A DNA stretch of 64,000 nucleotides from the NCBI RefSeq assembly GCF_009914755.1, contig NC_060946.1; one strand, 5' to 3'. The position numbers were made by a program, and so were the translations under genes. Below are positions 1-13,000 of this stretch, in pieces. A model generated the notes under the pieces. The model saw only the letters and a program-made list of their open reading frames with translations, did not search any database and was not told the DNA's origin. Source of the stretch: the human T2T-CHM13v2.0 reference genome, Homo sapiens. How positions within the stretch are numbered: the first letter of the stretch is position 1; each line of letters begins with the position of its first letter.

Positions 1-2452
1 ACTGATCACCCAGGTGATGCAACTCTTGCCTAGGCTTTGCCTACAGGGGACATTGTGACATATCTCTTCAATGATCACTCATGTGATGCATCTCTTGCCT
101 AGGCTTTGCCTATAGGGGACATTGTGACATATCTCTGCACTGGTCTCCCAGGTGCTGTAACTTTAGTCTAGGCTCTGGCTACACGGCATTGTGACATATC
201 ACTGCACTGATCAACCAGGTGATATAACTCTTGTATAGGCTCTGCCTACAGGGGGATTGTGACCTACCTCTGCACTGATCACCCAGGTGATATAACTCTT
301 CTCTAGGATCTTCCTACAGGGTACTTTGTGACATATCCCTGCACTGATCACCCAGGTGATCTATCTCTGGTCTAAGCTCTGCCTAAAGGGGCATTGTGAC
401 AGATCTCTGCACTGATCACTCAAGTGATGTAAGTATTGTCCAGGCTCTGCTTCAAGGGGCCTTGTCACATATCTCTGCACTGATCACCCAGGTGATGTAA
501 CTCTTGTCTAGGCTCTGCTTCCAGGGCATATTGTGACATATCTATGCACTGATCACCTTAGTGATGTAACACTTTGGTAGGCTCGGCCTACAGGGGAATC
601 TTGACATATCTCTGCACTGTTAACCGAGGTGATTTAACTCTTGTCAAGGCTGTGCCCACAGGGGGATTGAGACATATCTCTGCACTGATCCCGAGGTGAT
701 ACAACACTTGCCTGGTCTCTGCCTACTGTGGACATTGTGACATATCTCTGCACTGATCTCCCAGGTGCTGTAACTTTAGTCTAGGCTCTGGCTACACGGC
801 ATTGTGACATATCACTGCTCTGATCAACCAGTTGATATAACTCCTGTATAGGCTCTGCCTACAGGGGGTTTGTGACCTACCGTTGCACTGTTCACCCAGT
901 TGATAAAACTCTTCTCTAGGATCTGCCTACAGGGTGCTTTGTGACATATCCCTGCACTGATCACCCAGGTGATCTAACTCTGGTCTAAGCTCTGCCTAAA
1001 GGGGCATTGTGAAAAATCTCTGCACTGATAACTCAGGTGATGTAACTATTGTCCAGGCTCTGCTTCCAGGGCATATTGTGACATATCTATGCACTGATCA
1101 CCTTAGTGATGTAACACTTGTGTAGGCTCGGCCTACAGCGGAATTTTGACATATCTCAGCACTGTTAAACGAGGTGATTTAACTCTTGTCTAGGCTGTGC
1201 CCACAGGGGGATTGAGACAAATCTCTGCACTGATCCCGAGGTGATCCAACTCTTGCTTCGTCTCTGTCTACTGGGGACATAGTGACATATCTCTGCACTG
1301 ATCTCCCAGGTGCTGTAAATTTAGTCTAGGCTCTGGCTACAAGGCATTGTGACATATCACTGCACTGATCACCCAGGCGATACAGCACATTTCTGGGACC
1401 TGCCTACAATGGTCTTGTGACATATCACAGCACTGATCACCCAGGCGATATAACTCTTCTCTAGGATCTGACCACAGGGTGCTTTGTGACATATCCCTGC
1501 AATGATCACCCAGGTGATATACCACTTGCCAAGGCTCTGCCTACAGGGGCATTGCAATGTATCTCTGCACTGATCACCTAGGTCTTGTAGCTATTTTCTA
1601 GGATCTGCCTACAGGGTGCTTTGTGAAGTGTCCCAGCAAGGATTACCCAGGAGATGTACCTCTCATCAAGGCTCTGCCTACAGGCACATTGTGATGTATC
1701 TCCACACTGATCACCTAGGTCATGTAACTTTTTTCTAGGCTCTACCTACGATGGCATTGTGACATATCTCTGCACTAATCAACCAAGTGATGTAACTCTT
1801 GTCTAGGATGTGCCTAAATTAACTTTTTGACATAACCCTGTACTGATCATCCAGGTGATGGAGCTTTTGTCTATGCACTGGCTAAGGCGGCATTGTGACA
1901 TACTTCTGCATTGATCACCCAGGTGGCGAACTCTTCTCTCAGATCTGCCTATGGGGGCATTGTGATAAATCTCTGCACTGATCACCCAGGTGATGTAACT
2001 GTTGTGTAACCTCTGCCTACAGGGGAATTGTGAGAGATCTCGTCACTGATTAAACAAGTGATGTAACCGTTGTCTAGGCTTTGCGTACAGGGGGCTTTGT
2101 GACATACCTTTGCACTGATCACCCAGGTGATGTAACACATCTAAGTTCGGCCTAAAGGAGCTTTGTGACATATCTCTGCACTGATCACCTAGGTGATGTA
2201 ACTCTTGTCTACCCTCTGTCCAACGGGGCATTGTGAAATATCTCTGCACTGATCACCCAGGTGATTCTACTCTTGACTAGGAACTGCCTACAGAGGTTAT
2301 TGTGAAATATCTCTGCACTGATAAACTAGGTGGTGTAACCCTTGTCCAAGCTCTGACTACAGGGGCGTTTCCACATATCCCTGAACTGATGACAGAGGTG
2401 ATGTAACTCTTGCCTAGGCTTTGCCTACAGGGAACATTGGACATATATCTGC
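1..2452 (+). repeat. 36-monomer HOR variant (2452 bp): the 37-mer lacking m24
   Basis: ORF anchors 1803 and 4255 are 2452 apart. m23 joins m25 directly at ~2180, and the 67-bp TTTTATAATC monomer is absent. Confidence 0.92.
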
Positions 2453-5400
2453 ACTGATCACCCAAGTGATGCAACTCTTGCCTAGGCTTTGCCTACAGGG
2501 GACATTGTGACATATCTCTTCAATGATCACTCATGTGATGCATCTCTTGCCTAGGCTTTGCCTATAGGGGACATTGTGACATATCTCTGCACTGGTCTCC
2601 CAGGTGCTGTAACTTTAGTCTAGGCTCTGGCTACACGGCATTGTGACATATCACTGCACTGATCAACCAGGTGATATAACTCTTGTATAGGCTCTGCCTA
2701 CAGGGGGATTGTGACCTACCTCTGCACTGATCACCCAGGTGATATAACTCTTCTCTAGGATCTTCCTACAGGGTACTTTGTGACATATCCCTGCACTGAT
2801 CACCCAGGTGATCTATCTCTGGTCTAAGCTCTGCCTAAAGGGGCATTGTGACAGATCTCTGCACTGATCACTCAAGTGATGTAAGTATTGTCCAGGCTCT
2901 ACTTCAAGGGGCCTTGTCACATATCTCTGCACTGATCACCCAGGTGATGTAACTCTTGTCTAGGCTCTGCTTCCAGGGCATATTGTGACATATCTATGCA
3001 CTGATCACCTTAGTGATGTAACACTTTGGTAGGCTCGGCCTACAGGGGAATCTTGACATATCTCTGCACTGTTAACCGAGGTGATTTAACTCTTGTCAAG
3101 GCTGTGCCCACAGGGGGATTGAGACATATCTCTGCACTGATCCCGAGGTGATACAACTCTTGCCTGGTCTCTGCCTACTGTGGACATTGTGACATATCTC
3201 TGCACTGATCTCCCAGGTGCTGTAACTTTAGTCTAGGCTCTGGCTACACGGCATTGTGACATATCACTGCTCTGATCAACCAGTTGATATAACTCATGTA
3301 TAGGCTCTGCCTACAGGGGGTTTGTGACCTACCGTTGCACTGTTCACCCAGTTGATAAAACTCTTCTCTGGGATCTGCCTACAGGGTGCTTTGTGACATA
3401 TCCCTGCACTGATCACCCAGGTGATCTAACTCTGGTCTAAGCTCTGCCTAAAGGGGCATTGTGAAAAATCTCTGCACTGATAACTCAGGTGATGTAACTC
3501 TTGTCCAGGCTCTGCTTCCAGGGCATATTGTGACATATCTATGCACTGATCACCTTAGTGATGTAACACTTGTGTAGGCTCGGCCTACAGCGGAATTTTG
3601 ACATATCTCAGCACTGTTAAACGAGGTGATTTAACTCTTGTCTAGGCTGTGCCCACAGGGGGATTGAGACAAATCTCTGCACTGATCCCGAGGTGATCCA
3701 ACTCTTGCTTCGTCTCTGTCTACTGGGGACATAGTGACATATCTCTGCACTGATCTCCCAGGTGCTGTAAATTTAGTCTAGGCTCTGGCTACAAGGCATT
3801 GTGACATATCACTGCACTGATCACCCAGGCGATACAGCACTTTTCTGGGATCTGCCTACAATGGTCTTGTGACATATCACAGCACTGATCACCCAGGCGA
3901 TATAACTCTTCTCTAGGATCTGACCACAGGGTGCTTTGTGACATATCCCTGCAATGATCACCCAGGTGATATACCACTTGCCAAGGCTCTGCCTACAGGG
4001 GCATTGCAATGTATCTCTGCACTGATCACCTAGGTCTTGTAGCTATTTTCTAGGATCTGCCTACAGGGTGCTTTGTAAAGTGTCCCAGCAAGGATTACCC
4101 AGGAGATGTACCTCTCATCAAGGCTCTGCCTACAGGCACATTGTGATGTATCTCCGCACTGATCACCTAGGTCATGTAACTTTTTTCTAGGCTCTACCTA
4201 CGATGGCATTGTGACATATCTCTGCACTAATCATCCAAGTGATGTAACTCTTGTCTAGGATGTGCCTAAATTAACTTTTTGACATAACCCTGTACTGATC
4301 ATCCAGGTGATGGAGCTTTTGTCTAGGCACTGGCTAAGGGGGCATTGTGACATACTTCTGCATTGATCACCCAGGTGGCGAACTCTTCTCTCAGATCTGC
4401 CTATGGGGGCATTGTGATAAATCTCTGCACTGATCACCCAGGTGATGTAACTGTTGTGTAACCTCTGCCTACAGGGGAATTGTGAGAGATCTCGTCACTG
4501 ATTACACAAGTGATGTAACCGTTGTCTGGGCTTTGCGTACAGGGGGCTTTGTGACATACCTTTGCACTGATCACCCAGGTGATGTAACACATCTAAGTTC
4601 GGCCTAAAGGAGCTTTGTGACATATCTCTGCACTGATCGCTTAGGTGATGTAACACTTTTATAATCACTGCCTACAGGGAATTTTGACAAATCTCTGCAC
4701 TGATCACCTAGGTGATGTAACTCTTGTCTACCCTCTGTCCAACGGGGCATTGTGAAATATCTCTGCACTGATCACCCAGGTGATTCTACTCTTGACTAGG
4801 AACTGCCTACAGAGGTTATTGTGAAATATCTCTGCACTGATAAACTAGGTGGTGTAACCCTTGTCCAAGCTCTGACTACAGGGGCGTTTCCACATATCCC
4901 TGAACTGATGACAGAGGTGATGTAACTCTTGCCTAGGCTTTGCCTACAGGGAACATTGGACATATATCTGCACTGATCACCCAGGTGATGCAACTCTTGC
5001 CTAGGCTTTGCCTACAGGGGACATTGTGACATATCTCTTCAATGATCACTCATGTGATGCATCTCTTGCCTAGGCTTTGCCTATAGGGGACATTGTGACA
5101 TATCTCTGCACTGGTCTCCCAGGTGCTGTAACTTTAGTCTAGGCTCTGGCTACACGGCATTGTGACATATCACTGCACTGATCAACCAGGTGATATAACT
5201 CTTGTATAGGCTCTGCCTACAGGGGGATTGTGACCTACCTCTGCACTGATCACCCAGGTGATATAACTCTTCTCTAGGATATTCCTACAGGGTACTTTGT
5301 GACATATCCCTGCACTGATCACCCAGGTGATCTATCTCTGGTCTAAGCTCTGCCTAAAGGGGCATTGTGACAGATCTCTGCACTGATCACTCAAGTGATG

Positions 5401-8400
5401 TAAGTATTGTCCAGGCTCTGCCTCAAGGGGCCTTGTCACATATCTCTGCACTGATCACCCAGGTGATGTAACTCTTGTCTAGGCTCTGCTTCCAGGGCAT
5501 ATTGTGACATATCTATGCACTGATCACCTTAGTGATGTAACACTTTGGTAGGCTCGGCCTACAGGGGAATCTTGACATATCTCTGCACTGTTAACCGAGG
5601 TGATTTAACTCTTGTCAAGGCTGTGCCCACAGGGGGATTGAGACATATCTCTGCACTGATCCCGAGGTGATACAACTCTTGCCTGGTCTCTGCCTACTGT
5701 GGACATTGTGACATATCTCTGCACTTATCTCCCAGGTGCTGTAACTTTAGTCTAGGCTCTGGCTACACGGCATTGTGACATATCACTGCTCTGATCAACC
5801 AGTTGATATAACTCATGTATAGGCTCTGCCTACAGGGGGTTTGTGACCTACCGTTGCACTGTTCACCCAGTTGATAAAACTCTTCTCTAGGATCTGCCTA
5901 CAGGGTGCTTTGTGACATATCCCTGCACTGATCACCCAGGTGATCTAACTCTGGTCTAAGCTCTGCCTAAAGGGGCATTGTGAAAAATCTCTGCACTGAT
6001 AACTCAGGTGATGTAACTCTTGTCCAGGCTCTGCTTCCAGGGCATATTGTGACATATCTATGCACTGATCACCTTAGTGATGTAACACTTGTGTAGGCTC
6101 GGCCTACAGCGGAATTTTGACATATCTCAGCACTGTTAAACGAGGTGATTTAACTCTTGTCTAGGCTGTGCCCACAGGGGGATTGAGACAAATCTCTGCA
6201 CTGATCCCGAGGTGATCCAACTCTTGCTTCGTCTCTGTCTACTGGGGACATAGTGACATATCTCTGCACTGATCTCCCAGGTGCTGTAAATTTAGTCTAG
6301 GCTCTGGCTACAAGGCATTGTGACATATCACTGCACTGATCACCCAGGCGATACAGCACTTTTCTGGGATCTGCCTACAATGGTCTTGTGACATATCACA
6401 GCACTGATCACCCAGGCGATATAACTCTTCTCTAGGATCTGACCACAGGGTGCTTTGTGACATATCCCTGCAATGATCACCCAGGTGATATACCACTTGC
6501 CAAGGCTCTGCCTACAGGGGCATTGCAATGTATCTCTGCACTGATCACCTAGGTCTTGTAGCTATTTTCTAGGATCTGCCTACAGGGTGCTTTGTAAAGT
6601 GTCCCAGCAAGGATTACCCAGGAGATGTACCTCTCATCAAGGCTCTGCCTACAGGCACATTGTGATGTATCTCCGCACTGATCACCTAGGTCATGTAACT
6701 TTTTTCTAGGCTCTACCTACGATGGCATTGTGACATATCTCTGCACTAATCATCCAAGTGATGTAACTCTTGTCTAGGATGTGCCTAAATTAACTTTTTG
6801 ACATAACCCTGTACAGATCATCCAGGTGATGGAGCTTTTGTCTAGGCACTGGCTAAGGGGGCATTGTGACATACTTCTGCATTGATCACCCAGGTGGCGA
6901 ACTCTTCTCTCAGATCTGCCTATGGGGGCATTGTGATAAATCTCTGCACTGATCACCCAGGTGATGTAACTGTTGTGTAACCTCTGCCTACAGGGGAATT
7001 GTGAGAGATCTCGTCACTGATTACACAAGTGATGTAACCGTTGTCTGGGCTTTGCGTACAGGGGGCTTTGTGACATACCTTTGCACTGATCACCCAGGTG
7101 ATGTAACACATCTAAGTTCGGCCTAAAGGAGCTTTGTGACATATCTCTGCACTGATCGCTTAGGTGATGTAACACTTTTATAATCACTGCCTACAGGGAA
7201 TTTTGACAAATCTCTGCACTGATCACCTAGGTGATGTAACTCTTGTCTACCCTCTGTCCAACGGGGCATTGTGAAATATCTCTGCACTGATCACCCAGGT
7301 GATTCTACTCTTGACTAGGAACTGCCTACAGAGGTTATTGTGAAATATCTCTGCACTGATAAACTAGGTGGTGTAACCCTTGTCCAAGCTCTGACTACAG
7401 GGGCGTTTCCACATATCCCTGAACTGATGACAGAGGTGATGTAACTCTTGCCTAGGCTTTGCCTACAGGGAACATTGGACATATATCTGCACTGATCACC
7501 CAGGTGATGCAACTCTTGCCTAGGCTTTGCCTACAGGGGACATTGTGACATATCTCTTCAATGATCACTCATGTGATGCATCTCTTGCCTAGGCTTTGCC
7601 TATAGGGGACATTGTGACATATCTCTGCACTGGTCTCCCAGGTGCTGTAACTTTAGTCTAGGCTCTGGCTACACGGCATTGTGACATATCACTGCACTGA
7701 TCAACCAGGTGATATAACTCTTGTATAGGCTCTGCCTACAGGGGGATTGTGACCTACCTCTGCACTGATCACCCAGGTGATATAACTCTTCTCTAGGATC
7801 TTCCTACAGGGTACTTTGTGACATATCCCTGCACTGATCACCCAGGTGATCTATCTCTGGTCTAAGCTCTGCCTAAAGGGGCATTGTGACAGATCTCTGC
7901 ACTGATCACTCAAGTGATGTAAGTATTGTCCAGGCTCTGCCTCAAGGGGCCTTGTCACATATCTCTGCACTGATCACCCAGGTGATGTAACTCTTGTCTA
8001 GGCTCTGCTTCCAGGGCATATTGTGACATATCTATGCACTGATCACCTTAGTGATGTAACACTTTGGTAGGCTCGGCCTACAGGGGAATCTTGACATATC
8101 TCTGCACTGTTAACCGAGGTGATTTAACTCTTGTCAAGGCTGTGCCCACAGGGGGATTGAGACATATCTCTGCACTGATCCCGAGGTGATACAACTCTTG
8201 CCTGGTCTCTGCCTACTGTGGACATTGTGACATATCTCTGCACTTATCTCCCAGGTGCTGTAACTTTAGTCTAGGCTCTGGCTACACGGCATTGTGACAT
8301 ATCACTGCTCTGATCAACCAGTTGATATAACTCATGTATAGGCTCTGCCTACAGGGGGTTTGTGACCTACCGTTGCACTGTTCACCCAGTTGATAAAACT

Positions 8401-10009
8401 CTTCTCTAGGATCTGCCTACAGGGTGCTTTGTGACATATCCCTGCACTGATCACCCAGGTGATCTAACTCTGGTCTAAGCTCTGCCTAAAGGGGCATTGT
8501 GAAAAATCTCTGCACTGATAACTCAGGTGATGTAACTATTGTCCAGGCTCTGCTTCCAGGGCATATTGTGACATATCTATGCACTGATCACCTTAGTGAT
8601 GTAACACTTGTGTAGGCTCGGCCTACAGCGGAATTTTGACATATCTCAGCACTGTTAAACGAGGTGATTTAACTCTTGTCTAGGCTGTGCCCACAGGGGG
8701 ATTGAGACAAATCTCTGCACTGATCCCGAGGTGATCCAACTCTTGCTTCGTCTCTGTCTACTGGGGACATAGTGACATATCTCTGCACTGATCTCCCAGG
8801 TGCTGTAAATTTAGTCTAGGCTCTGGCTACAAGGCATTGTGACATATCACTGCACTGATCACCCAGGCGATACAGCACTTTTCTGGGATCTGCCTACAAT
8901 GGTCTTGTGACATATCACAGCACTGATCACCCAGGCGATATAACTCTTCTCTAGGTTCTGACCACAGGGTGCTTTGTGACATATCCCTGCAATGATCACC
9001 CAGGTGATATACCACTTGCCAAGGCTCTGCCTACAGGGGCATTGCAATGTATCTCTGCACTGATCACCTAGGTCTTGTAGCTATTTTCTAGGATCTGCCT
9101 ACAGGGTGCTTTGTGAAGTGACCCAGCAAGGATTACCCAGGAGATGTACCTCTCATCAAGGCTCTGCCTACAGGCACATTGTGATGTATCTCCGCACTGA
9201 TCACCTAGGTCATGTAACTTTTTTCTAGGCTCTACCTACGATGGCATTGTGACATATCTCTGCACTAATCATCCAAGTGATGTAACTCTTGTCTAGGATG
9301 TGCCTAAATTAACTTTTTGACATAACCCTGTACTGATCATCCAGGTGATGGAGCTTTTGTCTAGGCACTGACTAAGGGGGCATTGTGACATACTTCTGCA
9401 TTGATCACCCAGGTGGCGAACTCTTCTCTCAGATCTGCCTATGGGGGCATTGTGATAAATCTCTGCACTGATCACCCAGGTGATGTAACTGTTGTGTAAC
9501 CTCTGCCTACAGGGGAATTGTGAGAGATCTCGTCACTGATTACACAAGTGATGTAACCGTTGTCTAGGCTTTGCGTACAGGGGGCTTTGTGACATACCTT
9601 TGCACTGATCACCCAGGTGATGTAACACATCTAAGTTCGGCCTAAAGGAGCTTTGTGACATATCTCTGCACTGATCGCTTAGGTGATGTAACACTTTTAT
9701 AATCACTGCCTACAGGGAATTTTGACAAATCTCTGCACTGATCACCTAGGTGATGTAACTCTTGTCTACCCTCTGTCCAACGGGGCATTGTGAAATATCT
9801 CTGCACTGATCACACAGGTGATTCAACTCTTGACTAGGAACTGCCTACAGAGGTTATTGTGAAATATCTCTGCACTGATAAACTAGGTGGTGTAACCCTT
9901 GTCCAAGCTCTGCCTACAGGGGCGTTTCCACATATCCCTGAACTGATGACAGAGGTGATGTAATTCTTGCCTAGGCTTTGCCTAGAGGGAACATTGGACA
10001 TATATCTGC
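2453..10009 (+). repeat. Three tandem 37-monomer HOR variants (2519 bp each; starts 2453, 4972, 7491)
   Basis: ORF anchors 4255, 6774, 9293 are 2519 apart. Each unit has 9 extra monomers (613 bp) after m12, at 3271-3883, 5790-6402 and 8309-8921 (819-1431 in the first unit). Confidence 0.93.
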
Positions 10010-13000
10010 ACTGATCACCCAGGTGATGCAACTCTTGCCTAGGCTTTGCCTAAAGGGGACATAGTGACATATCTCTTCAATGATCACTCATGTGATGCAT
10101 CTTTTGCCTAGGCTTTGCCTACAGGGGACATTGTGACATATCTCTGCACTGATCTCCCAGGTGCTGTAACTTTAGTCTAGGCTCTGGCTACACGGCATTG
10201 TGACATATTACTGCACTGATCAACCAGGTGATAAAACTCTTGTATAGGCTCTGCCTACAGGGGGATTGTGACCTACCTCTGCACTGATCACCCAGGTGAT
10301 ATAACTCTTCTCTAGGATCTTCCTACAGGGTACTTTGTGACATATCCCTGCACTGATCACCCAGGTGATCTATCTCTGGTCTAAGCTCTGCCTAAAGGGG
10401 CATTGTGACAGATCTCTGCACTGATCACTCAGGTGATGTAAGTATTGTCTAGGCTCTGCTTCAAGGGGCCTTGTCACATATCTCTGCACTGATCACCCAG
10501 GTGATGTAACTCTTGTCTAGGCTCTGCTTCCAGGGCACATTGTGACATATCTATGCACTGATCACCTTAGTGATGTAACACTTTGGTAGGCTCGGCTTAC
10601 AGGGGAATCTTGACATATCTCTGCACTGTTAACCGAGGTGATTTAACTCTTGTCTAGGCTGTGCCCACAGGGGGATTTAGACATATCTCTGCACTGATCC
10701 CGAGGTGATACAACTCTTGCCTGGTCTCTGCCTTCTGTGGACATTGTGACATATCTCTGTACTGATCTCCCAGGTGCTGTAACTTTAGTCTAGGCTCTGG
10801 CTACACGGCATTGTGACATATCACTGCACTGATCACCCAGGCGATATAACTCTTCTCTAGGATCTGACCACAGGGTGCTTTGTGACATATCCCTGCAATG
10901 ATCACTCAGGTGATATACCACTTGCCAAGGCTCTGCCTACAGGGGCATTGCAATGTATCTCTGCACTGATCACCTAGGTCTTGTAGCTATTTCTAGGATC
11001 TGCCTACAGGGTGCTTTGTGACGTGTCCCAGCAAGGATTACCCAGTTGATGTACCTCTCATCAAGGCTCTGCCTACAGGCACATTGTGATGCATCTCTGC
11101 ACTGATCACCAAGGTCATGTAATTTTGTCTAGGCTCTACCTACGATGGCATTGTGACATATCTCTGCACTAATCATCCAAGTGATGTAACTCTTGTCTAG
11201 GATGTGCCTAAATTAACTTTTTGACATAACCCTGTACTGATCATCCAGGTGATGGAGCTTTTGTCTAGGCTCTGCCTAAGTGGGCATTGTGACATATTTC
11301 TGCATTGATCCCCCAGGTCGCGAACTCTTCTCTAGGATCTGCCTATGGGGGCATTGTGAGAAATCTCTGCACTGATCACCCAGGTGATGTAACTGTTGTG
11401 TAACCTCTGCCTACAGGGGAATTGTGAGAGATCTCGTCACTGATTACCCAAGTGATGTAACCGTTGTCTAGGCTTTGCGTACAGGGGGCTTTGTGACATA
11501 CCTTTGCACTGATCACCCAGGTGATGTAACACATCTGAGTTCGGCCTAAAGGAGCTTTGTGACATATCTCTACACAGATCACTTAGGTGATGTAACACTT
11601 TTATAATCACTGCCTACAGGGAATTTTGACAAATCTCTGCAGTGATCACCTAGGTGATGTAACTTTTGTCTACCCTCTGTCCAAAGTGGCATTGTGAAAT
11701 GTCCCTGCAATGATCACCCAGGTGATTCAACTCTTGACTAGGAACTGCCTACAGAGGTTATTGAGAAATATCTCTGCACTGATAAACTAGGTGGTGTAAC
11801 CCTTGTCCAAGCTCTGCCTACAGGGGCGTTTCCACATATCCCTGAACTGTTGACAAAGGTGATGTAACTCTTGCCTAGGCTGTGCCTACAGGGAACATTG
11901 GACATATATCTGCACTGATCACCCAGGTGATGCAACTCTTGCCTAGGCTTTGCCTACAGGGGACATTGTGACATATCTCTTCAATGATCACTCATGTGAT
12001 GCATCTCTTGCCTAGGCTTTGCCTACAGGAGACATTGTGACATATCTCTGCACTGATCTCCCAGGTGCTGTAACTTTAGTGTAAGCTCTGGCTACACGGC
12101 ATTGTGACATATCACTGCACTGATCAACCAGGTGATATAAAACTTTTATAGGCTCTGCCTACAGGGGGATTGTGACCTACCTCTGCACTGATCACCCAGG
12201 TGATATAACTCTTCTCTAGGATCTTCCTACAGGGTACTTTGTGACATATCCCTGGACTTATCACCCAGGTGATCTATCTCTGGTCTAAGCTCTGCCTAAC
12301 GGGGCATTGTGAGAGATCTCTGCACTGATCACTCAGGTGATGTAAGTATTGTCTAGGCTCTGCTTCAAGGGGCCTTGTCACATATCTCTGCACTGATCAC
12401 CCAGGTGATGTAACTCTTGTCTAGGCTCTGCTTCCAGGGCATATTGTGACATATCTATGCACTGATCACCTTAGTGATGTAACACTTTGGTAGGCTCGGC
12501 CTACAGGGGAATCTTGACATATCTCTGCACTGTTAACCGATGTGATTTAACTCTTGTCTAGGCTGTGCCCACAGGGGGATTGAGACATATCTCTGCACTG
12601 ATCCCGAGGTGATACAACTCTAGCCTGGTCTCTGCCTACTGTGGACATTGTGACATATCTCTGCACTGATCTCCCAGGTGCTGTAACTTTAGTCTAGGCT
12701 CTGGCTACACGGCATTGTGACATATCACTGCACTGATCACCCAGGCGATATAACCCTTCTCTAGGATCTGACCACAGGGTGCTTTGTGACATATCCCTGC
12801 AATGATCACCCAGGTGATATACCACTTGCCAAGGCTCTGCCTACATGGTCATTGCAATGTATCTCTGCACTGATCACCTCGGTCTTGTAGCTATATTCTA
12901 GGATCTGCCTACAGGGTGCTTTGTGACGTGTCCCAGCAAGGATTACCCAGGTGATGTACCTCTCATCAAGGCTCTGCCTACAGGCACATTGTGATGTATC

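Noticed and set aside
4656-4666. TTTTATAATC as a TATA or -10 promoter element
   Set aside because: It is a monomer variant present once per HOR, with no supporting promoter context.
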